From a bacterium (GTDB lineage: Bacteria > Zhuqueibacterota > QNDG01 > CAYUAG01): 64,000 bases of DNA. Shown piece by piece: positions 38,021 through 47,340 of this stretch (position 1 is the first letter of the stretch; each line of letters opens with the position of its first letter). The stretch is from positions 11,981-75,980 of the forward strand of contig JAWODZ010000126.1 in the NCBI GenBank assembly GCA_046483025.1, read 5' to 3'. Below the pieces are notes generated by a model. It did not search any database and was not told where the DNA came from. It saw only the letters and a program-made list of their open reading frames with translations. The position numbers were made by a program, and so were the translations under genes.

Positions 38021-38245
38021 ATGAAAGTAACAATTGACAGAGATGAATGCACTATGTGTGCTTTATGTTGGGAAACCTGCCCGGATTTTTTTGAAGAAAG
38101 TCAGGAGGATGGGATGAGCCAAATAGTAGCAGAATACAGGGATAACGGTAATGTTGATCAGGGTGAAGCTCCTGAATCCTTGTATGATTGTGTAACTGAA
38201 GCAGCAGAAGAATGCCCGGTGGAGATTATTCACATTGAAGAATGA
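38021..38245 (+). CDS. small single-cluster ferredoxin
   Basis: CxxCxxCxxxCP (CTMCALCWETCP) plus a distal CP (EECP). SD aggagaag precedes the ATG at 38021; the track ORF starts at 38000. Confidence 0.75.
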   Translation: MKVTIDRDECTMCALCWETCPDFFEESQEDGMSQIVAEYRDNGNVDQGEAPESLYDCVTEAAEECPVEIIHIEE

Positions 38246-38313
38246 GCAGGTTAATACTAATACCGCGATAATGATTTATAATCAATCAATTAGACATAAG
38301 GGAGGAAGAAAAA

Positions 38314-38709
38314 ATGAAAAATTTAGGTGAACATATTCAGCAAGCAGATTGGAAAACAGAAAAACATGTACCAGTCATTGAATGTTCGGATAAGGTGAAA
38401 GCGGAAGAAGTATTCGAGGTAAAAGTAGGATTGGGTAAGGAAGTGGCACATCCCAATACTACTGAGCATCATATTCGCTGGATCAGTCTTTATTTTTATC
38501 CGGAAGGTGATAAGTTTCCTTATGAAGTCGGTCATTTTGAATTCAATTCTCATGGAGAAGCTGTAAAAGGGGCTAATGAAGGACCGGTTTATACCCACCA
38601 TCAGGTTGGAGTCAATATGAAAGTTACCAAATCCGGGACTTTGCATGCTCTGGCTTTATGTAATATTCACGGACTCTGGGAAAACAGTAAAGATATTGAG
38701 ATTGGTTAA
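38314..38709 (+). CDS. sor: superoxide reductase (neelaredoxin/desulfoferrodoxin centre II type, 1Fe-SOR)
   Basis: EKHVPV motif with the E-K pair, His ligands, and CNxHGxW (CNIHGLW). Confidence 0.85.
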   Translation: MKNLGEHIQQADWKTEKHVPVIECSDKVKAEEVFEVKVGLGKEVAHPNTTEHHIRWISLYFYPEGDKFPYEVGHFEFNSHGEAVKGANEGPVYTHHQVGVNMKVTKSGTLHALALCNIHGLWENSKDIEIG

Positions 38710-38738
38710 AGGGTCGGGGAAAATTTTTGGGGATTAAT

Positions 38739-38789
38739 GATAGTGATGTCGAATACGATATCGATACCGATACCGATACCGAAAGTGAG
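38739..38789. repeat. hexamer-periodic GATnnn / CGATAC tandem tract (intergenic)
   Basis: gatagtgatgtcgaatacgatatcgataccgataccgataccgaaagtgag. Confidence 0.55.
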
Positions 38790-38825
38790 GAAAAGATAAA
38801 GAAGTAATATTACATATATTAATTT

Positions 38826-39851
38826 ATGGAGGCAATAATGATTGATATAAGTACTCAGTATATGGGAATAGAATTAAAAAATCCTGTCATTGTCGGAGCC
38901 AGTAGTTTGACATCGGATATGGAAACCATAAAACACATTGAAAAAGCCGGTGCTGGTGCTCTTGTGACCAAATCTCTTTTTGAAGAGCAGATTCAGCTGG
39001 AACGATATAAAATGGATGAGGACCGGGAGAAGTACAGCTATCGTAATGCGGAAATGATTACGGTTTTTCCGGAACAGGAACATGCGGGGCCCAAAGAACA
39101 TCTCTACTGGGTTGAGAAAACCAAGGAAAGTCTTTCAATTCCTGTAATTGCCAGCTTGAATGCAGTACATAAAGAAACCTGGATTGAATATGCCAAACTC
39201 CTGGAAGAGACCGGTGTGGATGCCCTGGAATTGAACTTTTATGCTTCTCCCAAAGAATTCAAAAAAGATGCGGAATCCATTGAAAAAGAACAGATCTCCA
39301 TAATAAAAAAGATCAAAGCAAAAGTTTCGATTCCGGTATCAGTGAAGCTGAGTTTTTTCTATACCAATCCTCTTCATTTCATTTCTCACATTGATAAAAT
39401 TAATGTTGACGGACTGGTATTATTCAATCGGTTTTTCCAGCCTGATATAGATGTATACAAACAAAAACACATTTCCCCTTTTCTTCTAAGTGAACGATCA
39501 GACAACCGTTTGCCTTTGAAATTTACCGGATTATTATCAGAGAATATCAAAGCAGATATTTGCAGCAGTACCGGACTCATCGAGGGTGAAGATGTGGTTA
39601 AAATGATCCTGGCTGGTGCAGCTTCAGTTCAGGTAGTGAGCACCCTGTACAAAAATGGTATTGATTATATCAGTAAGATATTAGAAAATTTACAATTCTG
39701 GATGGAACAGAAAGGATATACTGCCTTAAATGATTTTCGGGGAAAGATGAATAAGAAAAACAGTACTGATCCTTGGGTGTATATGCGTTCTCAGTATATA
39801 AAATTGTTGATGAATCCCAAAGATTTATTGGATAATTATCCTGTACCTTAA
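38826..39851 (+). CDS. dihydroorotate dehydrogenase-like TIM-barrel flavoprotein
   Basis: MGIELKNPVIVGAS N-terminus and overall PyrD class-1-like layout. The catalytic Cys position reads NFYASP rather than NxSCPN, so function is uncertain. Confidence 0.6.
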   Translation: MEAIMIDISTQYMGIELKNPVIVGASSLTSDMETIKHIEKAGAGALVTKSLFEEQIQLERYKMDEDREKYSYRNAEMITVFPEQEHAGPKEHLYWVEKTKESLSIPVIASLNAVHKETWIEYAKLLEETGVDALELNFYASPKEFKKDAESIEKEQISIIKKIKAKVSIPVSVKLSFFYTNPLHFISHIDKINVDGLVLFNRFFQPDIDVYKQKHISPFLLSERSDNRLPLKFTGLLSENIKADICSSTGLIEGEDVVKMILAGAASVQVVSTLYKNGIDYISKILENLQFWMEQKGYTALNDFRGKMNKKNSTDPWVYMRSQYIKLLMNPKDLLDNYPVP

Positions 39852-39866
39852 TCAAGGAGGGTTCTC

Positions 39867-40373
39867 ATGAAGGTTGCAATTTTATTGGAAAATCAGTATC
39901 AGGTTTTGGAAGTATGGTATCCCTTCCTCCGGTTTCGGGAAGAAGGCATAGAAACGGTTCTGGTGGGAACCGATAAAACAAATTACCTGAGTAAGGAAGG
40001 TTATCCGGCACAGGAAACAATTCCTGTTAAAAAGGCCAGGTCCAAAGATTTCGAGGGAGTAATTGTTCCGGGCGGGTATGCCCCTGATTACCTGCGCCGG
40101 CATGCAGAAATCAATCAATTTGTAAAAAATATATTCGAGTCCGGAAAACTGACAGCTGCTATCTGTCACGGCGGATGGGTACTGGTTTCAGCCGGGATAT
40201 TAAAGAAAAAAAGAGTTACCTCATTTATGGCCATTAAAGATGATATGATCAATGCCGGGGCAGAATATCTGGATCAGGAAGTAGTGGTTGATAATAATCT
40301 TATTACTTCCAGGAATCCTTATGATCTTCCTGCTTTTTGTAGGGAAATCATTTCCTTTTTAAAATCAGGGTAA
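39867..40373 (+). CDS. DJ-1/PfpI family protein
   Basis: Nucleophile elbow AICHGGWVL. 168 aa. Confidence 0.8.
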   Translation: MKVAILLENQYQVLEVWYPFLRFREEGIETVLVGTDKTNYLSKEGYPAQETIPVKKARSKDFEGVIVPGGYAPDYLRRHAEINQFVKNIFESGKLTAAICHGGWVLVSAGILKKKRVTSFMAIKDDMINAGAEYLDQEVVVDNNLITSRNPYDLPAFCREIISFLKSG

Positions 40374-40379
40374 AAGTGA

Positions 40380-41051
40380 ATGAAAGAGAGAATCATCAAG
40401 TACAAAGGCAGGGATATTGACGTCTATTTTACGGTTGATCGCTGTACCCATGTTGCTGAGTGTATCCGGGGTTCCCCGGACGTATTTAATGCGGGCAGAC
40501 GTCCCTGGATTATGGCTGATGCTGCAGAATCCGATAAAGTAGCAGAAGTAATTCAACGTTGTCCTACCGGAGCTTTACATTTTAAAAGAAAAAACGGAGG
40601 ATCAGAGGAGGCGGTTCCTGCTGAGAATGCAGTTCGAATTTGTCGGCATGGCCCTCTGTACCTGAAAGGTGATCTGAAGCTGAAAAATTTTGACGGATCA
40701 TCGATTTTAACAGATACCCGTATTGCTCTGTGTCGGTGCGGTGAATCCCGGATAATGCCTATTTGTGATAAAAGTCATGCTTTTACCGGGTTCCGGGACA
40801 AGGGAACATTTGCTCGAGGAAAAATACAGCAGAATTCAGACCAGGGATCACTTACTGTTACTCTCACAAAAAATGGACCTCTTCTCCTGCAGGGACCGGT
40901 GGAAATACTGGATCCGGAAGGTGAACTATGCTTTAAAGGAAAAACTGTTACCCTGTGCCGTTGCGGTCAGTCTCAGAATATGCCTTTCTGCGACGGAACA
41001 CATGTAAAGGCAGGTTTTAAAACCAAAAAAGATGTTGTGTTACATCATTAA
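40380..41051 (+). CDS. iron-sulfur protein: divergent 4Fe-4S mono-cluster domain plus two CDGSH-type [2Fe-2S] domains
   Basis: N-terminal C..C..C...CP-like CTHVAEC...RCPTGAL. Two CDGSH motifs: CRCGESRIMPICDKSH and CRCGQSQNMPFCDGTH. Confidence 0.8.
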   Translation: MKERIIKYKGRDIDVYFTVDRCTHVAECIRGSPDVFNAGRRPWIMADAAESDKVAEVIQRCPTGALHFKRKNGGSEEAVPAENAVRICRHGPLYLKGDLKLKNFDGSSILTDTRIALCRCGESRIMPICDKSHAFTGFRDKGTFARGKIQQNSDQGSLTVTLTKNGPLLLQGPVEILDPEGELCFKGKTVTLCRCGQSQNMPFCDGTHVKAGFKTKKDVVLHH

Positions 41052-41067
41052 ATAAGGAGTTTGAAAA

Positions 41068-42234
41068 ATGGCAACAGATCCTATTTGCGGTATGAAAGTA
41101 GATGAAAAGCATGGATTAAAACTCACTCATGAAGGTAAAACCTACTATTTCTGCAGCCAGCATTGTATGGAAAAATTTATTGAAGAAAACCAGATAACCG
41201 GAGTTCAATGTACTGAATGCGGTCCGGAAGCAAAGCAGCCTTTTTACCGCAATAAGCTGTTTATTGTTGTTTCCGCATTAGCAGTACTGTCGTTATTGTC
41301 TTTTTGGATTCCTTTTCTACAAGCCTTCCGCAGAGAATTATTCGACTATTTCCGAATGATCTGGTGGGCAATTCTGCTGGGGCTGGTTCTTGGAGGTGTG
41401 ATCGATTATTTTATTCCCAGAGAGTATGTCTCCCATGTACTTGCCCGGCCCTCCAAACGAACCATTGTTTATTCCGTATTTGTGGGATTTCTCATGAGTG
41501 CCTGTTCCCACGGAATACTGGCCCTTGCCATTCAGCTTTATAAAAAGGGAGCTTCGGTGCCGGCAGTGGTGGCCTTTCTCTTGGCCAGTCCCTGGGCAAA
41601 TATGACTCTGACTATTATGCTTATTGGTCTTTTCGGACTCAAAGCTCTCTTCATTATCCTCTCTGCCATTGTAGTCGCAATTATTACCGGACTGATATTT
41701 CAGGTTCTGGAAAAGGCAAAGCGGGTGGAAACCAATCCTCATTCAATTCCTTTTGATGAAAAATTTTCCATTGTGCAGGACATTAAAAAAAGAGTAAGAC
41801 AAACCAAGCTAACCTCTTCTACAGTGGGAGAAGCTTTCAAAGGGATTTTTCAGGGGATAGTCAGCCTGAGCAATATGGTTCTGTGGTGGATTCTGATTGG
41901 TATGGGGCTGGCGAGTTTGGCCGGAGCCTATGTTCCCAGTTCTTTTTTTGTGAACTATATGGGCCCTACCATTGCGGGACTTCTGATTACTCTGGCTTTT
42001 GCTACTATTATTGAAATATGTTCCGAAGGCTCGGCTCCCATGGCTTTCGAGATTTTCAAACAAACTGCCGCCTTTGGCAACAGTTTTGTGTTTCTTATGG
42101 CTGGTGTGGTTACTGATTACACCGAGATCGGACTGTTATGGCATAATGTAGGGAAGAAAACCGCAATTATGCTTCCAGTGATCACAGTTCCTCAGGTGAT
42201 CTTACTCGGTATGCTGGCTAACTGGCTGTTTTAG
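41068..42234 (+). CDS. YHS/TRASH metal-binding domain fused to a DUF318-type permease
   Basis: N-terminal DPICGMKVDEK...YYFCSQHCMEKF (YHS), then a second Cys cluster CTECGPE, then about 8 TM helices with an EICSEGSAP motif. Confidence 0.7.
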   Translation: MATDPICGMKVDEKHGLKLTHEGKTYYFCSQHCMEKFIEENQITGVQCTECGPEAKQPFYRNKLFIVVSALAVLSLLSFWIPFLQAFRRELFDYFRMIWWAILLGLVLGGVIDYFIPREYVSHVLARPSKRTIVYSVFVGFLMSACSHGILALAIQLYKKGASVPAVVAFLLASPWANMTLTIMLIGLFGLKALFIILSAIVVAIITGLIFQVLEKAKRVETNPHSIPFDEKFSIVQDIKKRVRQTKLTSSTVGEAFKGIFQGIVSLSNMVLWWILIGMGLASLAGAYVPSSFFVNYMGPTIAGLLITLAFATIIEICSEGSAPMAFEIFKQTAAFGNSFVFLMAGVVTDYTEIGLLWHNVGKKTAIMLPVITVPQVILLGMLANWLF

Positions 42235-42261
42235 ACATCTAAGATGGAAAATCCTTGCTAT

Positions 42262-42298
42262 TCGGAATCGACATTGGATTGGTAATCGAAATCGAAGG
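42262..42298. repeat. hexamer-periodic CGAnnn tract (intergenic)
   Basis: tcggaatcgacattggattggtaatcgaaatcgaagg. Confidence 0.45.
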
Positions 42299-42393
42299 GA
42301 AAATAATGTTTCTTTGATGAATGATAACAGCTATAATGATGATTGGATATATCATTAAATTTTAAACATGATTGACAAAAAACGGGTGGTGAC

Positions 42394-42819
42394 ATGAAAG
42401 AAATTGGGATAATTGTGGATGTAAAAAAAGATAAGGGGATTGTGCGGCTGAGTTCGAAAAAGGAATGCAGGCATTGTTCTATGAATCAGCTTTGTCAAAG
42501 TACGGATCCCGGGAATAGAGTACTTGAAGTCGGACTTGGAGGGAAAAACTATCAGGTTGGAGATTGTGTGCAAATCATGACATCTGCTAAAAGCTATATG
42601 ACTGCTGCTGCATTGGTTTTCATGGTACCTCTGATTATTTCAATTGCAGGTTATGCTTTGGTGTATTCCATTACCAGGAGTCAGGGATGGGGAATTGCCG
42701 GTTTTACAGGATTCCTGGTTCTTTCCGGATTTTTTCTTTACTGGTTTGATAAAAGGTTTGGAAAGAAACGATTTTTCGAACCGCGTATCATTGGGAAAGT
42801 GAACAGGAGTCTGGGGTGA
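42394..42819 (+). CDS. RseC/MucC (SoxR-reducing system) family membrane protein
   Basis: N-terminal Cys cluster CRHCSMNQLC plus two C-terminal TM helices. 141 aa. Confidence 0.65.
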   Translation: MKEIGIIVDVKKDKGIVRLSSKKECRHCSMNQLCQSTDPGNRVLEVGLGGKNYQVGDCVQIMTSAKSYMTAAALVFMVPLIISIAGYALVYSITRSQGWGIAGFTGFLVLSGFFLYWFDKRFGKKRFFEPRIIGKVNRSLG

Positions 42820-42913
42820 ATCTCTGGATAAAGGGATAATTTATAAAAAAATGAAATGAGAAGGTCGGGGCATAATGAGTAGAAAAAATCAATAAGGTTA
42901 ATGAGGTGTTTCA

Positions 42914-44014
42914 ATGTTTATTGATCCTGTATGTGGTATGGAAATAAAGGATGATACATATTCCCTGTTGAGGAAAGGCAGACTATATCACTTTTGTTCT
43001 GAAGGATGTATGAAGCGGTTTAAAAAGTCAAAAGGAAAGTACATTAAACGAAAAGATTACGATCTTATTATTATTGGAGGAGGACCTGCTGGATTGACAG
43101 CAGCTGTCTATGCATCCATGCAACATCTGGATACTTTTCTCATCACCAAAGATATCGGTGGTCAGGCCATTGATAGTACAAAAGTTAAGAATTATATGGG
43201 ATTTGATTTTATTACAGGACCGGAACTGACCTCTAAATTTCAAAACCAATTTCTTCACACCCATTTCATCGATCATCGAATTGGTGAGGTCATTGCTATT
43301 GAGAAAAAAGAGAATCGGTTCTTGCTCCGAACCAGAAATGGAGAAAACTACATTGCCCTTTCCATTATTCTGACGACCGGCATGCAGAGAAAAAAACTTG
43401 GAGTACCTGGTGAGGAGAGACTTCAGCGCCAAGGGATTTTTTATAATCGGGTTCAAGATACCGGCCTCTTGGAGGATATTCCAGTAGCTGTGATCGGTGG
43501 TGGCAATACAGGCGTTCAGGCAGCATTGGACTTATTCAAGGTGGCTTCTAAAGTAACTCTGATTACTTTCGAAGATTTAACTGCCGACGCTCATTTGAAA
43601 AAAGATATTCAACGGTCACCTATACAGGTGTTCACACAGTATGCGGTTGTATCTATCGAAGGAGAAGATCGAGTCAAAGGAGTTGTTATTAGGCCTCGGT
43701 CAGGAGGCAAGACGATTTCTATTGAAGTGGGAGCAGTTTTTGTTGGGATTGGTTTAATGCCCAATACTTCACTAGTATCCAAACTTCTAAAAAGAAACAA
43801 ATTAGGAGAGGTCGTCATCTCAAAGGATTGTTGGACTTCTGTTCCTGGAATTTTTGCAGCTGGCGATGTTACGGATGTTCATGATAAAAGAATCGTTATC
43901 GCTTCGGGAGAGGGTGCAAAGGCAGCACTTGCTGCCCATCGTTATTTGAAAGAATTGAAGAGGAGTAATTCAAATTTTAATAAAGGAAAATTGGAGGATG
44001 TTGATTATGAATAA
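42914..44014 (+). CDS. YHS domain fused to a thioredoxin-reductase-like FAD/NAD(P) flavoprotein lacking the CxxC redox disulfide
   Basis: N-terminal [23 protein letters not shown]. FAD motif [12 protein letters not shown]. The region aligning to Trx[13 protein letters not shown] reads [13 protein letters not shown], with no Cys. GGGNTG second dinucleotide fold. GD motif AAGDVTD. Confidence 0.75.
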   Translation: [366 protein letters not shown]

Positions 44015-46094
44015 ACCTCCGGATTCAAGAAATAAGGATTACCAACAACATGATGAGAAGAATATGGGGCGTAAGAGGCATAAAGGTCAAAAGATACATG
44101 AATCGCATGACCAGCAGGTACACTCTAATCATAACAGGCATCATGATCACCATGCCCACATGGTGGCTGATTTTCGCAAACGGTTCTGGATTTCCCTGGG
44201 AGCAACCATCCCTATTTTGATCTTGTCGCCCATGATTCAGGGTTTTTTGGGTTTTACACAGGCGCTTGATTTTCCGGGGGATGTGTATGTATTATGGACT
44301 CTTTCCTCGTTTGTTTACTTTTACGGCGGCTGGCCCTTTCTCAAAGGACTTTTTAATGAACTGCAAAAGAAACAGCCCGGAATGATGACCTTGATTGCGG
44401 TTGCTGTTACTACAGCTTATGGTTACAGCAGCATAGTTGTTTTCGGTTTGAGCGGAAAGGTTTTTTTCTGGGAATTAGCCACGCTTATCGATATCATGCT
44501 TTTGGGGCACTGGATTGAAATGAAGTCGGTCATGGGTGCTTCCCGCGCCCTGGAAGAGATTGCCAAACTCATGCCTTCCGACGCCCACAAAGTCATGGAG
44601 GACGGAAGTACCGAAGACGTTCCCATCGAAGAGCTCCAGCCCGGGGACAAGGTTCTGATAAAACCGGGAGAGAAAGTTCCGGTCGACGGAGAGGTGGTGG
44701 AAGGCGAGAGCTCGGTGAATGAGGCCATGTTGACCGGAGAATCCAGGCCGGTGGAAAAACAAACCGGGTCCAGAGTGATCGGTGGTTCCCTTAATGGTGA
44801 AGGCGCAATCACTACAGAAGTACAAAAAACAGGTAAGGATTCTTTTTTGTCCCAGATGATCGATCTGGTGGAACAGGCTCAGAAAAGCAAATCCAGAAGT
44901 CAGGATCTGGCCAATCGTGCTGCTTTATGGCTTACTATCATTGCCCTTACAGTGGGAGTGATCACTTTGGCAGTATGGCTGGTTATCCTGGAAAGGGACT
45001 TTTCTTTTGCACTGGAAAGGACGGTGACAGTTATGGTGATCACCTGTCCTCATGCCCTGGGACTTGCAGTACCCTTGGTTGTTGCTGTATCCACCGCACT
45101 TTCCGCCAAGAACGGCCTTCTTATACGGGATCGGGCTTCTTTTGAGAGAGGACGTAACATCCAGGCAATCATCTTTGACAAAACCGGTACCCTGACCAAG
45201 GGTGAATTCGGTGTAACTGATACAATTTCATTTTCTGATGGAATGGATGAGAAAAAATTACTTGAATATGCTGCTGCAGTGGAAGCACATTCAGAACATC
45301 CTATAGCAAAAGGAATTGCTGCTTCAGTTGAAAAACCACCTGGTGTCAAGGATTTCAAGGCTATACCCGGAAAAGGTGCCCAGGGTCTGGTTGAGGGAAA
45401 GCAGGTCAAAGTTGTAAGTCCTGGTTTTCTCAGAGAAAATAATATGTCCAGGCAAGATGAGAGGATCGACACATTCAATTCCCAGGCGAAAACCGTGGTT
45501 TTTGTGATAATTGATGGAGATCTCAAAGGGGCTGTTGCACTGGCGGATATTATCAGGGAGGAATCCAAAGAAGCTATCTCCAGACTCAAGGGAATGGGAA
45601 TAAAGTGCATGATGCTCACTGGTGACAACAATCTGGTCGCCAAGTGGGTTGCAGAGGAGATAGGTCTGGATGAATATTTTGCTGAAGTTTTGCCCCAGGA
45701 TAAAGCTGAAAAAGTTAAGGAGGTTCAGTCACGGGGGTTGATTGTGGCAATGACCGGAGACGGTGTCAATGATGCTCCAGCCCTTGCCCAGGCCGATGTG
45801 GGCATTGCTATCGGCGCCGGGACGGATGTTGCAGTCCAAACAGCTGATATTATACTGGTTCACAGCAATCCCCTGGATGCTGTGGCCATTTTGGATCTTT
45901 CCCGGGCTACTTACCGGAAGATGGTACAGAATCTGGGATGGGCAACCGGTTACAATGCTTTTGCCATCCCTTTAGCTGCCGGAATTCTATTCAAATACGG
46001 TATACTTTTGAGTCCTGCAGCAGGTGCTATTTTAATGTCATTGAGTACAGTAATTGTGGCCATCAATGCAAGATTTTTAAAGATTAAGCATTGA
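43998..46094 (+). CDS. copB: heavy-metal P1B-type ATPase, CopB-like (P1B-3, CPH motif, His-rich N-terminus)
   Basis: His-rich N-terminus HKGQKIHESHDQQVHSNHNRHHDHHAHM. TM6 CPH (ITCPHALGL), not CPC. DKTGTLT phosphorylation site, GDGVNDAP hinge. Confidence 0.85.
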   Translation: MLIMNKPPDSRNKDYQQHDEKNMGRKRHKGQKIHESHDQQVHSNHNRHHDHHAHMVADFRKRFWISLGATIPILILSPMIQGFLGFTQALDFPGDVYVLWTLSSFVYFYGGWPFLKGLFNELQKKQPGMMTLIAVAVTTAYGYSSIVVFGLSGKVFFWELATLIDIMLLGHWIEMKSVMGASRALEEIAKLMPSDAHKVMEDGSTEDVPIEELQPGDKVLIKPGEKVPVDGEVVEGESSVNEAMLTGESRPVEKQTGSRVIGGSLNGEGAITTEVQKTGKDSFLSQMIDLVEQAQKSKSRSQDLANRAALWLTIIALTVGVITLAVWLVILERDFSFALERTVTVMVITCPHALGLAVPLVVAVSTALSAKNGLLIRDRASFERGRNIQAIIFDKTGTLTKGEFGVTDTISFSDGMDEKKLLEYAAAVEAHSEHPIAKGIAASVEKPPGVKDFKAIPGKGAQGLVEGKQVKVVSPGFLRENNMSRQDERIDTFNSQAKTVVFVIIDGDLKGAVALADIIREESKEAISRLKGMGIKCMMLTGDNNLVAKWVAEEIGLDEYFAEVLPQDKAEKVKEVQSRGLIVAMTGDGVNDAPALAQADVGIAIGAGTDVAVQTADIILVHSNPLDAVAILDLSRATYRKMVQNLGWATGYNAFAIPLAAGILFKYGILLSPAAGAILMSLSTVIVAINARFLKIKH

Positions 46095-46143
46095 ATAAAA
46101 TACGAAAATTTGAATCGCATCTATTAACTATAAAAAGAGGGGT

Positions 46144-46860
46144 ATGGTAATGAACGTAAAATTGGTTATTTTGATTTTTGGAATCTTAATATTTAATCTA
46201 CAGTTTGCTCATACTCAACATATTGAAGAAGAGCATGAAGATCATTTTCTGCATCCATTTCTGGCTCATATGGCACTCCCGGACAGGCCCGGTGAAATTA
46301 GTGTCAGAGTGTCTCCGTTTCAAGAACGTTTGGGTGTGGAGACGATTCAAGACATTGGTGTCCATATTGAAGCAGGAATTTTACCAAGACTGGGCCTTCA
46401 TGTCAGGAATGATGCGATAAAAGAAGGTCCTTATACGGAAATGATGATCATGTACGCTCTTATCCAAAATACTTCACTGAGTAGAGGTATCAGTCTATTT
46501 GGTCAGTTAAGTATACCGACAGGCCCGATTGAGTCCAATCGGAACAGGACATTGTTCGGATTAGCAGCCAGGGAAACCTTGAAAAAATTCGTTATCATCA
46601 ATACAAATGTTCATATTGATGTCAAAGAGGAGATGGCAGATATTGGAAGTTCTTTCGTATTTCGGCTATCGGAAAAATTATATCCTATCTTTGAAGTACA
46701 TGGAGAAATAGGAGAAGAAGAAACACATGCATCCGGCTTGTTTGCTTTAAAATTCAGGGTTAAACAACATACTGGTCTGGGATTTGGGTTCCAATTTCCC
46801 TTCAGTGGACATAAAGAATATGATACCCAATTGCTGGCCACTTTCGATTTGACTTTTTAA
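46144..46860 (+). CDS. secreted beta-strand-rich protein with His-rich N-terminus, putative outer-membrane barrel
   Basis: Signal peptide. HIEEEHEDHFLHPFLAHM. Alternating hydrophobic pattern. C-terminal ...ATFDLTF. Confidence 0.5.
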   Translation: MVMNVKLVILIFGILIFNLQFAHTQHIEEEHEDHFLHPFLAHMALPDRPGEISVRVSPFQERLGVETIQDIGVHIEAGILPRLGLHVRNDAIKEGPYTEMMIMYALIQNTSLSRGISLFGQLSIPTGPIESNRNRTLFGLAARETLKKFVIINTNVHIDVKEEMADIGSSFVFRLSEKLYPIFEVHGEIGEEETHASGLFALKFRVKQHTGLGFGFQFPFSGHKEYDTQLLATFDLTF

Positions 46861-46880
46861 TATAAAGGAGGAGATCAAAT

Positions 46881-47084
46881 ATGTTCGGAGGAATGATTAT
46901 TATCTGGATTTTTATAGTTGTAGGAGTTATCTGGTTGATCAGATATTTGACTGAACAAAAAAATATGAAAAATAATGAAATGGAAAAAGAAACCAGCGCC
47001 CTGGATATATTGAAAATACAATATGCCAAGGGTGAGATCAACAGAGAAGAGTTCAAGAAACGTAAAAAAGATTTAGAAAATTAA
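46881..47084 (+). CDS. SHOCT-domain small membrane protein (copy 1)
   Basis: One TM, then ALDILKIQYAKGEINREEFKKRKKDL, the SHOCT signature. Confidence 0.7.
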   Translation: MFGGMIIIWIFIVVGVIWLIRYLTEQKNMKNNEMEKETSALDILKIQYAKGEINREEFKKRKKDLEN

Positions 47085-47088
47085 AAAA

Positions 47089-47340
47089 TTGAAAGGAGTG
47101 AAAATTATGCATGACTGGGGAATGATGAACTGGGGCTGGGGCGGTATGATTGTTCAATTGCTTTTCTGGATAGTTATTATTGTTGCTATTATCTGGGCAA
47201 TCAGGCATTTTACCGGACCTGGTCGAAGTGATGGATCTGCTTCCGGCAGTGAATCGGCTCTGGATGTACTGAAAAAACGTTACGCCAGCGGAGAGATCGA
47301 CAAACAAGAATTTGAAGAAAAGAAAAGGGATATTTTATGA
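47089..47340 (+). CDS. SHOCT-domain small membrane protein (copy 2)
   Basis: W/G-rich N-terminus, one TM, ALDVLKKRYASGEIDKQEFEEKKRDIL. An alternative start at 47107 is possible. Confidence 0.7.
   Translation: MKGVKIMHDWGMMNWGWGGMIVQLLFWIVIIVAIIWAIRHFTGPGRSDGSASGSESALDVLKKRYASGEIDKQEFEEKKRDIL

Noticed and set aside
37915-38789. Reading the GAT-periodic tracts as short Asp/Ser-rich coding genes
   Set aside because: There is no start codon with an RBS, in-frame stops lie within a few codons on either side, and the tracts begin directly after upstream stop codons. They are treated as non-coding repeats.
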